The position numbers and the translations under genes are program-made. Under the pieces are notes generated by a model. It ran no database searches. It saw only the letters and a program-made list of their open reading frames with translations, and had not been told where the DNA came from. From IMG/VR virus record IMGVR_UViG_3300008448_008004, positions 1-64,000 of that record: a stretch of 64,000 bases of DNA. One strand, given 5' to 3'. This DNA comes from a virus. Of this stretch, positions 55,914-64,000 are shown piece by piece (the first letter of the stretch is position 1; every line of letters begins with the position of its first letter).

Positions 55914-56378
55914 ATGGCAAACGGAATAACATATGGTATACATTTTCCATTTTTACAAAGCGAAAAGGGAAATTACTTAAAGTTGACGGAAACGACTGAT
56001 GAAGAAATCAGGACCGACCTAATACATTTGCTTATGACCCGAAGAGGAACAAGATATTTTTTACCTGATTTTGGAACAAGATTGTATGAATATATTTTTG
56101 AACCTTTAGATGGCGCAACCTTTGAAGAAATTAGGGCTGAAATCCAAGAACAGGTTGATAAATACATTCCTAACCTTACAATTAATAGTATTACTGTTGA
56201 ATCATATAACGATAGTGGTGATGTTGCAGGACAATTGGATTATGAATTATTGGGGCAAGCGAGTATTTATCGCATACCGGGAGCGAATACTGCAGAGTAC
56301 AGTGCAAAAATAAAAATTGACTATACAAATGACGCAAGGGCTTTTGGTAGTAGACAGTTTGTGATAATCAACATATAA
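55914..56378 (+). CDS. Baseplate wedge protein (gp25-like)
   Basis: IRTDLIHLLMT.RG.R...PDFGT.LY.YIFEP. Confidence 0.9.
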   Translation: MANGITYGIHFPFLQSEKGNYLKLTETTDEEIRTDLIHLLMTRRGTRYFLPDFGTRLYEYIFEPLDGATFEEIRAEIQEQVDKYIPNLTINSITVESYNDSGDVAGQLDYELLGQASIYRIPGANTAEYSAKIKIDYTNDARAFGSRQFVIINI

Positions 56379-56379
56379 T

Positions 56380-58218
56380 ATGGCAAATAACAAAATTAAT
56401 TACACGGATAGGGATTTTGAATCCATAAGAGACGGGTTAATAAATTACACTAAACAGTATTACCCCGAACTTATTCAAAACTTTAACGACGCATCTGTGT
56501 TTTCGGTTTTGATGGATTTGAATGCTGCGGTCGCAGATAACTTACATTACCATATTGATAGAAGTATACAAGAAACGGTATTACAATATGCTCAACAAAA
56601 ATCTTCAATTTATAATATTGCAAGAACTTATGGTTTAAAAATACCGGGGTATAGACCATCTGTTGCTGTGGTAGATATTTCAATTACAGTTCCACCTTTA
56701 GGGGATGCTGAAGATTATAGATATTTAGGGATTTTAAGGGCAGGGTCGCAATTTAATGGTGGAGGAACTACATTTGAAACGGTATATGATATTGATTTTT
56801 CAACACAATACAATCAAGAAGGTGAAGTTAATAGAACGAAAGTTCCAACTTTTGACGCTAATAATAAAATTATAAATTACATTATTACCAAAAGAGAGGT
56901 TGTTGTTAATGGAACTACAAAAGTTTTTAAAAGAGTTATAAACGCAACCGATGTTGTCCCATTCTTTAATTTCTTTTTACCCGAAAGAAACGTATTGGGG
57001 GTAAATGCGATAATACAAAGAGACGGAACAAGTTACCCTAATGTACCAAATTATGGAGAGTTTTTAACCGCTAATAATAAATGGTATGAAGTTGACGCAT
57101 TGGCAGAAGACACTGTTTTTATTGAAGACCCGACTAAACCTGTAGATAATGCGGGTATAAAAGTTGGTAAATATATTAAAACTGAAAACAGATTTATTAC
57201 CGAATACACACCTGAAGGTTTTTTAAAAATACAATTTGGTGGAGGAACAACAACACCTAATATACAACTTGCTAATTTTGCAAAACAAGGTATTAATTTA
57301 GATTTGGCTAATTACCAAAACAATATTGGACTTGGACTTACCGTCCAACCAAATACCACAATATTTGTTCAGTATAGAACTGGAGGTGGTTTAGCGTCTA
57401 ATGTTGGTGTAGGGGTAATCAATCAAGTAGGAACTATTGATTTTGCGGTTAATGGACCTTCAGATTCTATTAACTCTAATGTGTTAAACTCTTTAGTGGT
57501 GAATAATGTAACTGCAGCAATTGGAGGAGCCAACCCACCCTCAACTGAAGAAGTTAGAAACATGGTCGCATTTAATTTTGCGGCACAAAGAAGGGCAGTT
57601 ACCGTTAATGATTATAAATCGTTAATTGATACGATGCCAGGAAAATTTGGAGCACCTGCAAAGGTTGCAATTACAGAAAACAATAATAAAATAACAGTTC
57701 AAATATTGTCTTATGACCAAACAGGTAAATTAACACAAATAGTATCAAACAATTTAAAAACAAATTTGGCAACATATCTTTCTAAATTTAGAATGATAAA
57801 CGACTATATACAAATTGATGTGGCAAAGGTTATTGATTTAGCTTTTGATATCTATGTGGTTGTGGAGTCAAGCGTTAATAGAGGTCAGGTTATTACTGAA
57901 CTAATTAACCAAGTTTCAAATTACATGTCACCCGAAAATAGAGATATGGGTGAAAATGTTAATATTTCGGATATAAGAAGATTAATTCAAAACACCGCTG
58001 GTGTTATAAGTTTAAGTAAATTACAAGTGTTTAATAAAGTTGGGGGACAATACTCGACTTCTGAGACATCTCAAAGATATCTTAATAAAGCGACAAAAGA
58101 AATAGAATTAATTGATGATAATATATTTGCAGAACCAACACAAATATATCAAGTTAGATTTGATAATAAAGACATTAGGGTTTTTGTTAAAAATCTAACC
58201 TCAGTAGATTTTACATAA
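56380..58218 (+). CDS. Baseplate wedge protein (gp6/baseplate J-like)
   Basis: YTDRDFESI...L, A...S..NIA...G, IQFGGG, Y..GGG...NV, A.GGA, AQ.RAVT..DY. Confidence 0.9.
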   Translation: MANNKINYTDRDFESIRDGLINYTKQYYPELIQNFNDASVFSVLMDLNAAVADNLHYHIDRSIQETVLQYAQQKSSIYNIARTYGLKIPGYRPSVAVVDISITVPPLGDAEDYRYLGILRAGSQFNGGGTTFETVYDIDFSTQYNQEGEVNRTKVPTFDANNKIINYIITKREVVVNGTTKVFKRVINATDVVPFFNFFLPERNVLGVNAIIQRDGTSYPNVPNYGEFLTANNKWYEVDALAEDTVFIEDPTKPVDNAGIKVGKYIKTENRFITEYTPEGFLKIQFGGGTTTPNIQLANFAKQGINLDLANYQNNIGLGLTVQPNTTIFVQYRTGGGLASNVGVGVINQVGTIDFAVNGPSDSINSNVLNSLVVNNVTAAIGGANPPSTEEVRNMVAFNFAAQRRAVTVNDYKSLIDTMPGKFGAPAKVAITENNNKITVQILSYDQTGKLTQIVSNNLKTNLATYLSKFRMINDYIQIDVAKVIDLAFDIYVVVESSVNRGQVITELINQVSNYMSPENRDMGENVNISDIRRLIQNTAGVISLSKLQVFNKVGGQYSTSETSQRYLNKATKEIELIDDNIFAEPTQIYQVRFDNKDIRVFVKNLTSVDFT

Positions 58219-58292
58219 GATTATTTATTTCCGTAATGTCTTACCTATTTTTTTTAAAATGGGCAAAATAACTATTTATTTTTAAAAGACTA

Positions 58293-61200
58293 ATGACCAA
58301 AAGCTATAGGATAAGAACAGCACCTGGAACTGACAAAAACATAAGAGTTAATATCAACCAAGATTTTGACTTCTTGGAAATTTTATCATTAAAATTAAGA
58401 CAAGAAGATGTTTATACTAGATTCTGTGCTGACTATGGTGTTGTAACAGGTAGGGTCATTGTAAATGGTGGATACGGTGTCCCAAACGCCAATGTATCAA
58501 TTTTTGTTCCTTTAGATAGTGTTGATGAAAATGACCCAGTAATTTCCACACTTTACCCTTATAGGAATGTAGACCAAAAAAATGAAGATGGTTATAGATA
58601 TAATCTTTTACCATATAGAAAAGAATATGACGGGCATACACCAACAGGAACATTTCCCGATAGAGAAGATATTTTGACAAGAACTGAAGTTTTAGAAGTT
58701 TATGAAAAATATTACAAGTATACCGTAAAAACAAATGAAAGTGGTGACTTCATGATTATTGGAGCACCTCTTGGTTTGCAAACATTAACTTTAGATTTAG
58801 ACCTATCAAATATAGGTTGTTTTTCTTTAAGGCCCGCCGATTTAATTAGAGCGGGTTTGGGAACTCCCGAACAATTTAATGGAGACCAATTTAAATCGTC
58901 AACAGATTTAAGTTCGTTACCACAATTAGTCAACATAAGACAAGATATTGAAGTTAGCTCTTTTTGGGGTGAGAATGAAATATGTAATATTGGTATTACA
59001 AGAGCGGACTTTGACCTTCGTGATTTTGGAATTGAAATTAAACCACATGCTATTTTTATGGGGTCATTATTTTCTTCATCCGATGAAGACTTCTTAAAAA
59101 CAAATTGTAAACCAGGAAAAGACACGGGTAAACTATGTGATTTGGTAACGGCACCTGGTAGTATATTAGCCGTTAGACAAACTATTGATTACGATGCGGA
59201 TGGAAGACCTATTCTTGAAAGATACACGTTACCTGACGGAGGAAAAGTTATTGATGATGAAGGAACATGGTTGGTTGAAGTTCCTATGAACTTGGACTAT
59301 GTTACCACAAATGAATTTGGTGAACAAGTAATATCTAATGACCCAAATGTAGGTATACCAACAAAAGGTAAATATCGTTTTAGAATTCAATACCAAAATG
59401 AATCTGGTATGGCAAATTCCATAATGAGAGGTGACTACTTGGTCCCTAACGTAAAAGAATGGGGATGGTCGTTAAATAACGATGACGAACCAACAGATTT
59501 AAATGCCCAACTATATTCATATGCTTTTAGTTTAGATTGGAATGATTATGGTGATGATACCACAACTATTGGTCAACAAATGATACAAGAGGCTATTGAT
59601 TGTGAAGATAGATTCTATGAGTTTAATTATAATAAGGTTTATACAATTTCAAACTTTATTGATAGATGGAAATGGGGAGCAAATAGATTAAAACATTTAG
59701 GTATTAAAGATATTACTGATAGAACTTGTACTAATACTGTTAATAAGTTTCCTGTTAATGATGGTGTAAGAAATTTTGATTTTTTGGTTTTTATTATGAA
59801 CCTATTAATCACAATTTTAACACCACAATTTGTTAGTCTTATCGTAATATTACACGTCTTAGCCGTATTATATCCTGTTCTTAGAGTTGTTATTAATTTG
59901 ATTTTATGGATAGTTAATACTTTAGTTTATGCGATATGTATTGTTGTAGCGGCACTTAGTAAAAAACTTAAAAAGGAAGATTGTAAAAAACAAAATATCC
60001 AACCATTAAGTAAGGATAATCCATTCAAAAGAATTTCATTGCCGATGATGTCATATCCTGACTGTGAAGCTTGTCCTTGTGAGGATGTGGAGTTAGCTGA
60101 AGGAGATACGGGATTCCAAGAGAGTGCAACTATAACAATATCGGCAAATAACTTTAGTCCATTATCTGATTTAAGTTCTATTGCATCATTTACATCATAC
60201 AATAGTGCTCAATCGGTAAATTCGTCAAATCCTGAATCTTTTAATAATGGAATAAGACAAGTATTTGCGGGGTATCAATACCAATCATTAAATAATAATT
60301 TTGATAAATTAATAAAAACCCCAATTACTCAATTTCCAGTTCAAGGTGCCGTTACATGGGCTGGATTTGATGTTCAATTGGCTCAGTCAATGAACTTAGC
60401 TAATGTTAGACAAAGGTATTTTGATGGTGAAAACCACATTAAAACAACGGTTAGAAATATTAACCCATCAACAAATCTTGTCGACCCATCAACTACTTTT
60501 GATGATAGTGTGTTGATTATTTTATGTGATTCAGGAACCATTGCAAATTTACCAAATTCACAGTTAGTAACATTCACAGATTTAACAACCATTAATGACC
60601 CTAACGTTTCTGGTTTATCAACAACAAACCAATTTAATACAAACAATGTAACGGGTTCAACACCGTATAACGCAACGGGATTAGTTAATAAACAAATTAA
60701 TTGGATTGGAACAGGAGGGACTGTTCAAAATGGTATATTAAAATTAAGTATCACTGAAAATGGTAAAGAGTATAAATTTAAAGGAGGTGTGGAATACTTC
60801 CAAGTTTTAACAGGAGGAACAATACAACAATTCTCAGGAATTACAAACACCACAGGTGGACTACTTAATAAGTATTTATTTCAAAAAACACAAGCATATA
60901 CATACGGTGGATATTTATCATTTCCCGCAGTGAATGAATATGTTTTCCCGATTAAATTTTTAGATGGATTTGAAGATTTAGAAATAATAATCCTATCAAG
61001 AGGAGTTGACCCATACACCCAAAAACAAAACATTAGATACGACTTATCAAGATTGTTTGGTTATTCTTTTGGTTCAGGACCGGTAATTGAGGGTTCATAT
61101 TATCTTAATATCCCAATTAAGCCAAACACAGGGCCTGCAACAAGTTTTTCTTTTTACCCTTGGCATAGTTCATATATTACACCAGAAACGCATAAAATTA

Positions 61201-63170
61201 CAGATAACACCAACACATCCCTTTATCACCAACCCTACGGTTTTACCGTAGATAATACTAAATTTAGTTCATTCACAAATAATTCACTTTACTATTATAA
61301 CTCAACAGATAAAAGTCAGGCAATATCTTTTAAACCATTTCCTTTTGACACAAAGAGTTTAGGGTTCTATACAAATAACACAGGAACTATTGATAACGGT
61401 TCCGTTAACCAAATACGTTTTCAGTACAATCCGGTCAGTTCATCCTACACCGGTCAAGGAAATGTTGAGGGTGGAACTATAATAACATCTAATGCCCCAT
61501 TAGGTGGTCTATTAGACCCAACTCTAAATACTTCATTAGAAGTTAGGGCAATGTCACCGGCATATCATTTACAACAGTTTACTAATGTTACAATTACAAA
61601 CAATAATAGACTTGTATTTAGGTCCGACAGATTACCAACCTCAACCACAGTTCAAATTAGTGGTAATTCTTCTTATTCCTTACATTTAAATGACAATTTT
61701 GCAATTTATAACGTTACTGAACAAGGTAATGGTATGACAACTCCTTTTGTTCCATTGGCGGCAACTGACACTACTAATAATTTAGATGACCTTACAGGTG
61801 ACACTTCTAATGGTATTACTGATGCGGTTATTAGTTCATTACAATGTAATAATTTAACATTACTTGAGTGTTATAGTGGTAATGGAACTAGTTTTGGTGT
61901 TAGTGAACCATGTGATGCAAATTTAGATGATAAAAGAGTAAAAGGTGGATGTTATTATTTTGTTGATAAAACATTGATAGTTTCAATTCCTAAAGACATT
62001 AAATATTTTATTGAATGGAAGTCAAGATTTAGAATGATGTTTGCCGCTTGTAGAGGGGTGTTCTCACAAGTTTTCCAAAACAATTGGGTTAATGGAACTC
62101 TTTATATGTTTTCATTTAAAAAGAAAACAATTTTTAACGTAACAGGGCAACCTAAAAAATATTTATTCTGTGGTAGTTATGATAGTTCATTTAGACCTGG
62201 ACAAGGTCCCGTTTTTTATACTGAAGGAACCACAAATTCTTTATTCTATAGGTCAACACCATTTAATGGAACGAACTTTATAGGACAAGTTCCACAAAGT
62301 AAAACACCAATAACAAATTTAGTTCCTGTTGGATATAAAGGAATTAATACTAGAAACATATTCTTTCCAACAACCATTATGGATTTGGGACCAAGAGACC
62401 AATTTACAAAAGAAATATGTGTGAATCCACAATTTGAGGGTTATATGTTAGAGACGATGAAATCAACATCATATAATGATACATCAGATTTACTTCAATT
62501 ATTTATCATTTCAAGATTAATTAATAGTAATTTTTGGACTCAAATATTAGGTATTGGAGACGCATCAATTAATAGAATGTTTTCGAGAAGTGAAGATAGA
62601 ATTGATGGTGATGTAGCACAACTATTTAGTATTAATTCAGAATATGGTGTTGAAGGATTTAGTGATGATGCATATGATGATGATACTTTATATGTCTCAG
62701 GTTCAGGAGATGCTTTGGTAGGTGTTTTCTTTACGGGTAGCACTGAAAATAGAATTAAGTTAACGCCGGGGATTACAACATTCACACCGACATTGACAAA
62801 TTATTTCGGATACCCTAAAACTCAAGAAGTTCCATTTTATCTATGGAAATTAAATACGACAAACACAATTTTTGGTGACGATAAAAACGACTGGTCAACA
62901 GGTTTACAAGGTTCAGGATTTTATAAACAAAAATACCAAACCATGAGTTTTTACCAAGCTCCATTCTCAAATTACTTTAATTCAACAAACTATGGTAAAA
63001 AAGGATATATCTATAATACCGATAGCAATGGGTATACGGAATCATTCCCACCTGGTCAAAATAGTAGTTTTGTTGTTGGCGCTCCATATCATTTCTATTT
63101 TGGGTTAGGTAAAGGAAAAACTGCAATGAACAGATACATAACAAAATATATTTTGAATCAAGATGCCTAA
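58293..63170 (+). CDS. Large putative baseplate/virion protein with an internal hydrophobic hairpin (1625 aa)
   Basis: N-terminal beta-sandwich (VTGRV...G.GVPNANVSIF...TN.SGDFMI.G.P.G); ~60-aa hydrophobic stretch; follows the gp6-like gene. Confidence 0.6.
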   Translation: MTKSYRIRTAPGTDKNIRVNINQDFDFLEILSLKLRQEDVYTRFCADYGVVTGRVIVNGGYGVPNANVSIFVPLDSVDENDPVISTLYPYRNVDQKNEDGYRYNLLPYRKEYDGHTPTGTFPDREDILTRTEVLEVYEKYYKYTVKTNESGDFMIIGAPLGLQTLTLDLDLSNIGCFSLRPADLIRAGLGTPEQFNGDQFKSSTDLSSLPQLVNIRQDIEVSSFWGENEICNIGITRADFDLRDFGIEIKPHAIFMGSLFSSSDEDFLKTNCKPGKDTGKLCDLVTAPGSILAVRQTIDYDADGRPILERYTLPDGGKVIDDEGTWLVEVPMNLDYVTTNEFGEQVISNDPNVGIPTKGKYRFRIQYQNESGMANSIMRGDYLVPNVKEWGWSLNNDDEPTDLNAQLYSYAFSLDWNDYGDDTTTIGQQMIQEAIDCEDRFYEFNYNKVYTISNFIDRWKWGANRLKHLGIKDITDRTCTNTVNKFPVNDGVRNFDFLVFIMNLLITILTPQFVSLIVILHVLAVLYPVLRVVINLILWIVNTLVYAICIVVAALSKKLKKEDCKKQNIQPLSKDNPFKRISLPMMSYPDCEACPCEDVELAEGDTGFQESATITISANNFSPLSDLSSIASFTSYNSAQSVNSSNPESFNNGIRQVFAGYQYQSLNNNFDKLIKTPITQFPVQGAVTWAGFDVQLAQSMNLANVRQRYFDGENHIKTTVRNINPSTNLVDPSTTFDDSVLIILCDSGTIANLPNSQLVTFTDLTTINDPNVSGLSTTNQFNTNNVTGSTPYNATGLVNKQINWIGTGGTVQNGILKLSITENGKEYKFKGGVEYFQVLTGGTIQQFSGITNTTGGLLNKYLFQKTQAYTYGGYLSFPAVNEYVFPIKFLDGFEDLEIIILSRGVDPYTQKQNIRYDLSRLFGYSFGSGPVIEGSYYLNIPIKPNTGPATSFSFYPWHSSYITPETHKITDNTNTSLYHQPYGFTVDNTKFSSFTNNSLYYYNSTDKSQAISFKPFPFDTKSLGFYTNNTGTIDNGSVNQIRFQYNPVSSSYTGQGNVEGGTIITSNAPLGGLLDPTLNTSLEVRAMSPAYHLQQFTNVTITNNNRLVFRSDRLPTSTTVQISGNSSYSLHLNDNFAIYNVTEQGNGMTTPFVPLAATDTTNNLDDLTGDTSNGITDAVISSLQCNNLTLLECYSGNGTSFGVSEPCDANLDDKRVKGGCYYFVDKTLIVSIPKDIKYFIEWKSRFRMMFAACRGVFSQVFQNNWVNGTLYMFSFKKKTIFNVTGQPKKYLFCGSYDSSFRPGQGPVFYTEGTTNSLFYRSTPFNGTNFIGQVPQSKTPITNLVPVGYKGINTRNIFFPTTIMDLGPRDQFTKEICVNPQFEGYMLETMKSTSYNDTSDLLQLFIISRLINSNFWTQILGIGDASINRMFSRSEDRIDGDVAQLFSINSEYGVEGFSDDAYDDDTLYVSGSGDALVGVFFTGSTENRIKLTPGITTFTPTLTNYFGYPKTQEVPFYLWKLNTTNTIFGDDKNDWSTGLQGSGFYKQKYQTMSFYQAPFSNYFNSTNYGKKGYIYNTDSNGYTESFPPGQNSSFVVGAPYHFYFGLGKGKTAMNRYITKYILNQDA

Positions 63171-64000
63171 CGAAAACAATATAAGAATAGTTTTAGGTTC
63201 TCAGCAATTTGCTGGTAACACGGACAAGGACATTTGGATACAACCACCATTGTTTGGTGATAGACGAACTATGGTTGAAGGTGATAGGTCTTTAACATTA
63301 AACCTTGCGGACCAATTTGATACGGAAAGACAGGAAAGTAATAAATTTAGAATATCAGGTAAAATAACAAATATATTTAACAATACGGTATCCGGTAAAA
63401 CAACTTATACACCGTTTAGAAATATTCTTTATTACACCAATGCTGTTGCAAATGCAACTTTAAATACTCCACCAAACCCTAATGTTCCGTGGGAAGGTTA
63501 CCCACAGTTTGATGAATTTACTTTTGCAAGATATTCTGCAGTTGCGGGACATAGAAATTATGTAGCAAAAAGTGCTACATCTTATAATTGGATGTTATAT
63601 TTAACATATCCATTTAGTAGTGATACGACACACCCGATGTCGTATAAAAGTGAGCAGTTTAATGTTAGTGTAAATTTTACGGCTGGAGACGGAATACCTT
63701 TTGTTATTTCTACAGGAAACATTAATGGTAAAAGAGTTGTGTACTTCAACTGTGGAACCAAACATAATTTAAGAATAGGTGAATGGGTTGAGATAAACAT
63801 CCCAACAAACCCGAGTGGATTAGGAGGTAAAAAAATATTTCAAGTTTTTTCTTTGGGTAGTGAAAATTATAGGTCAGAAGAAACCGTATTTTCAACTTTT
63901 GATTTAAAATTTCCACCAAACCAAACTACAAATGGAACGGTTGGTACGTTCAAAAGAATTAAAAATATTGTAAATAGTGGTGAAACAAAATCAATATATT
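63163..64000 (+). CDS. Hypothetical structural protein (runs off the window)
   Basis: ATG 63163 overlaps the end of the previous gene; MPNENNIRIVLGSQQF...QFDTERQESNKFRISGKI...; frame appears open to the window end. Confidence 0.7.
   Translation, partial: MPNENNIRIVLGSQQFAGNTDKDIWIQPPLFGDRRTMVEGDRSLTLNLADQFDTERQESNKFRISGKITNIFNNTVSGKTTYTPFRNILYYTNAVANATLNTPPNPNVPWEGYPQFDEFTFARYSAVAGHRNYVAKSATSYNWMLYLTYPFSSDTTHPMSYKSEQFNVSVNFTAGDGIPFVISTGNINGKRVVYFNCGTKHNLRIGEWVEINIPTNPSGLGGKKIFQVFSLGSENYRSEETVFSTFDLKFPPNQTTNGTVGTFKRIKNIVNSGETKSIY

Noticed and set aside
288-63800. Short antisense or nested ORFs in the track (e.g. 288-506, 1156-1392, 30973-31296, 31351-31740, 46530-46973, 58712-59125)
   Set aside because: They lie opposite or inside well-supported genes, have no recognisable motifs and show shadow-frame composition.
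1-64000. Stop-codon reassignment, as in some large Bacteroidota phages
   Set aside because: Genes are full length in code 11, and TAG (e.g. 29465, 39334, 49512) and TGA serve as real stops at sensible gene ends.
1-64000. tRNA, rRNA or CRISPR arrays
   Set aside because: Intergenic gaps are short and show no cloverleaf or repeat-spacer pattern; the 12-mer triple at 55828 has no regular spacers.

Overview
This AT-rich window is part of a large contractile-tailed (T4-superfamily-like, probably jumbo) phage genome read in the standard genetic code. The host is probably Bacteroidota: leaders are A-rich with no Shine-Dalgarno, and TTTG..TAnnTTTG promoters precede the replication genes. From left to right it contains: (1) a translationally coupled minus-strand operon (1-11125) for sugar activation and transfer, with a NeuA-type cytidylyltransferase, a CstII/Maf-like transferase, a GT11-GT10 fucosyltransferase fusion, GT2/GT4 enzymes, a class III aminotransferase, a VOC protein, a methyltransferase and a TIM-barrel isomerase, plus embedded dUTPase and 3'-5' exonuclease genes; (2) small late genes including a stand-alone WYL domain; (3) family B DNA polymerase, neck proteins, an HExxH-domain/Mn-SOD fusion and an SNF2 helicase; (4) the tail module (terminator, sheath, tube, chaperone with a candidate +1 frameshift, tape measure, two >2000-aa baseplate proteins); (5) a replication block (SSB, UvsX/RecA, 5'-3' exonuclease, DnaB-like helicase, NrdB/NrdA); (6) baseplate wedge genes. 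The main candidate novelties are a phage-encoded nonulosonic-acid/fucose glycosylation system, a set of putative capsid-packaged cargo proteins sharing a basic-helix-(I/L)xE maturation signal, a UUU_CGU +1 frameshift in the tail chaperone, and a sense-strand TATTTAT late-gene motif. All functional calls come from motif recognition by eye; no database searches were run.
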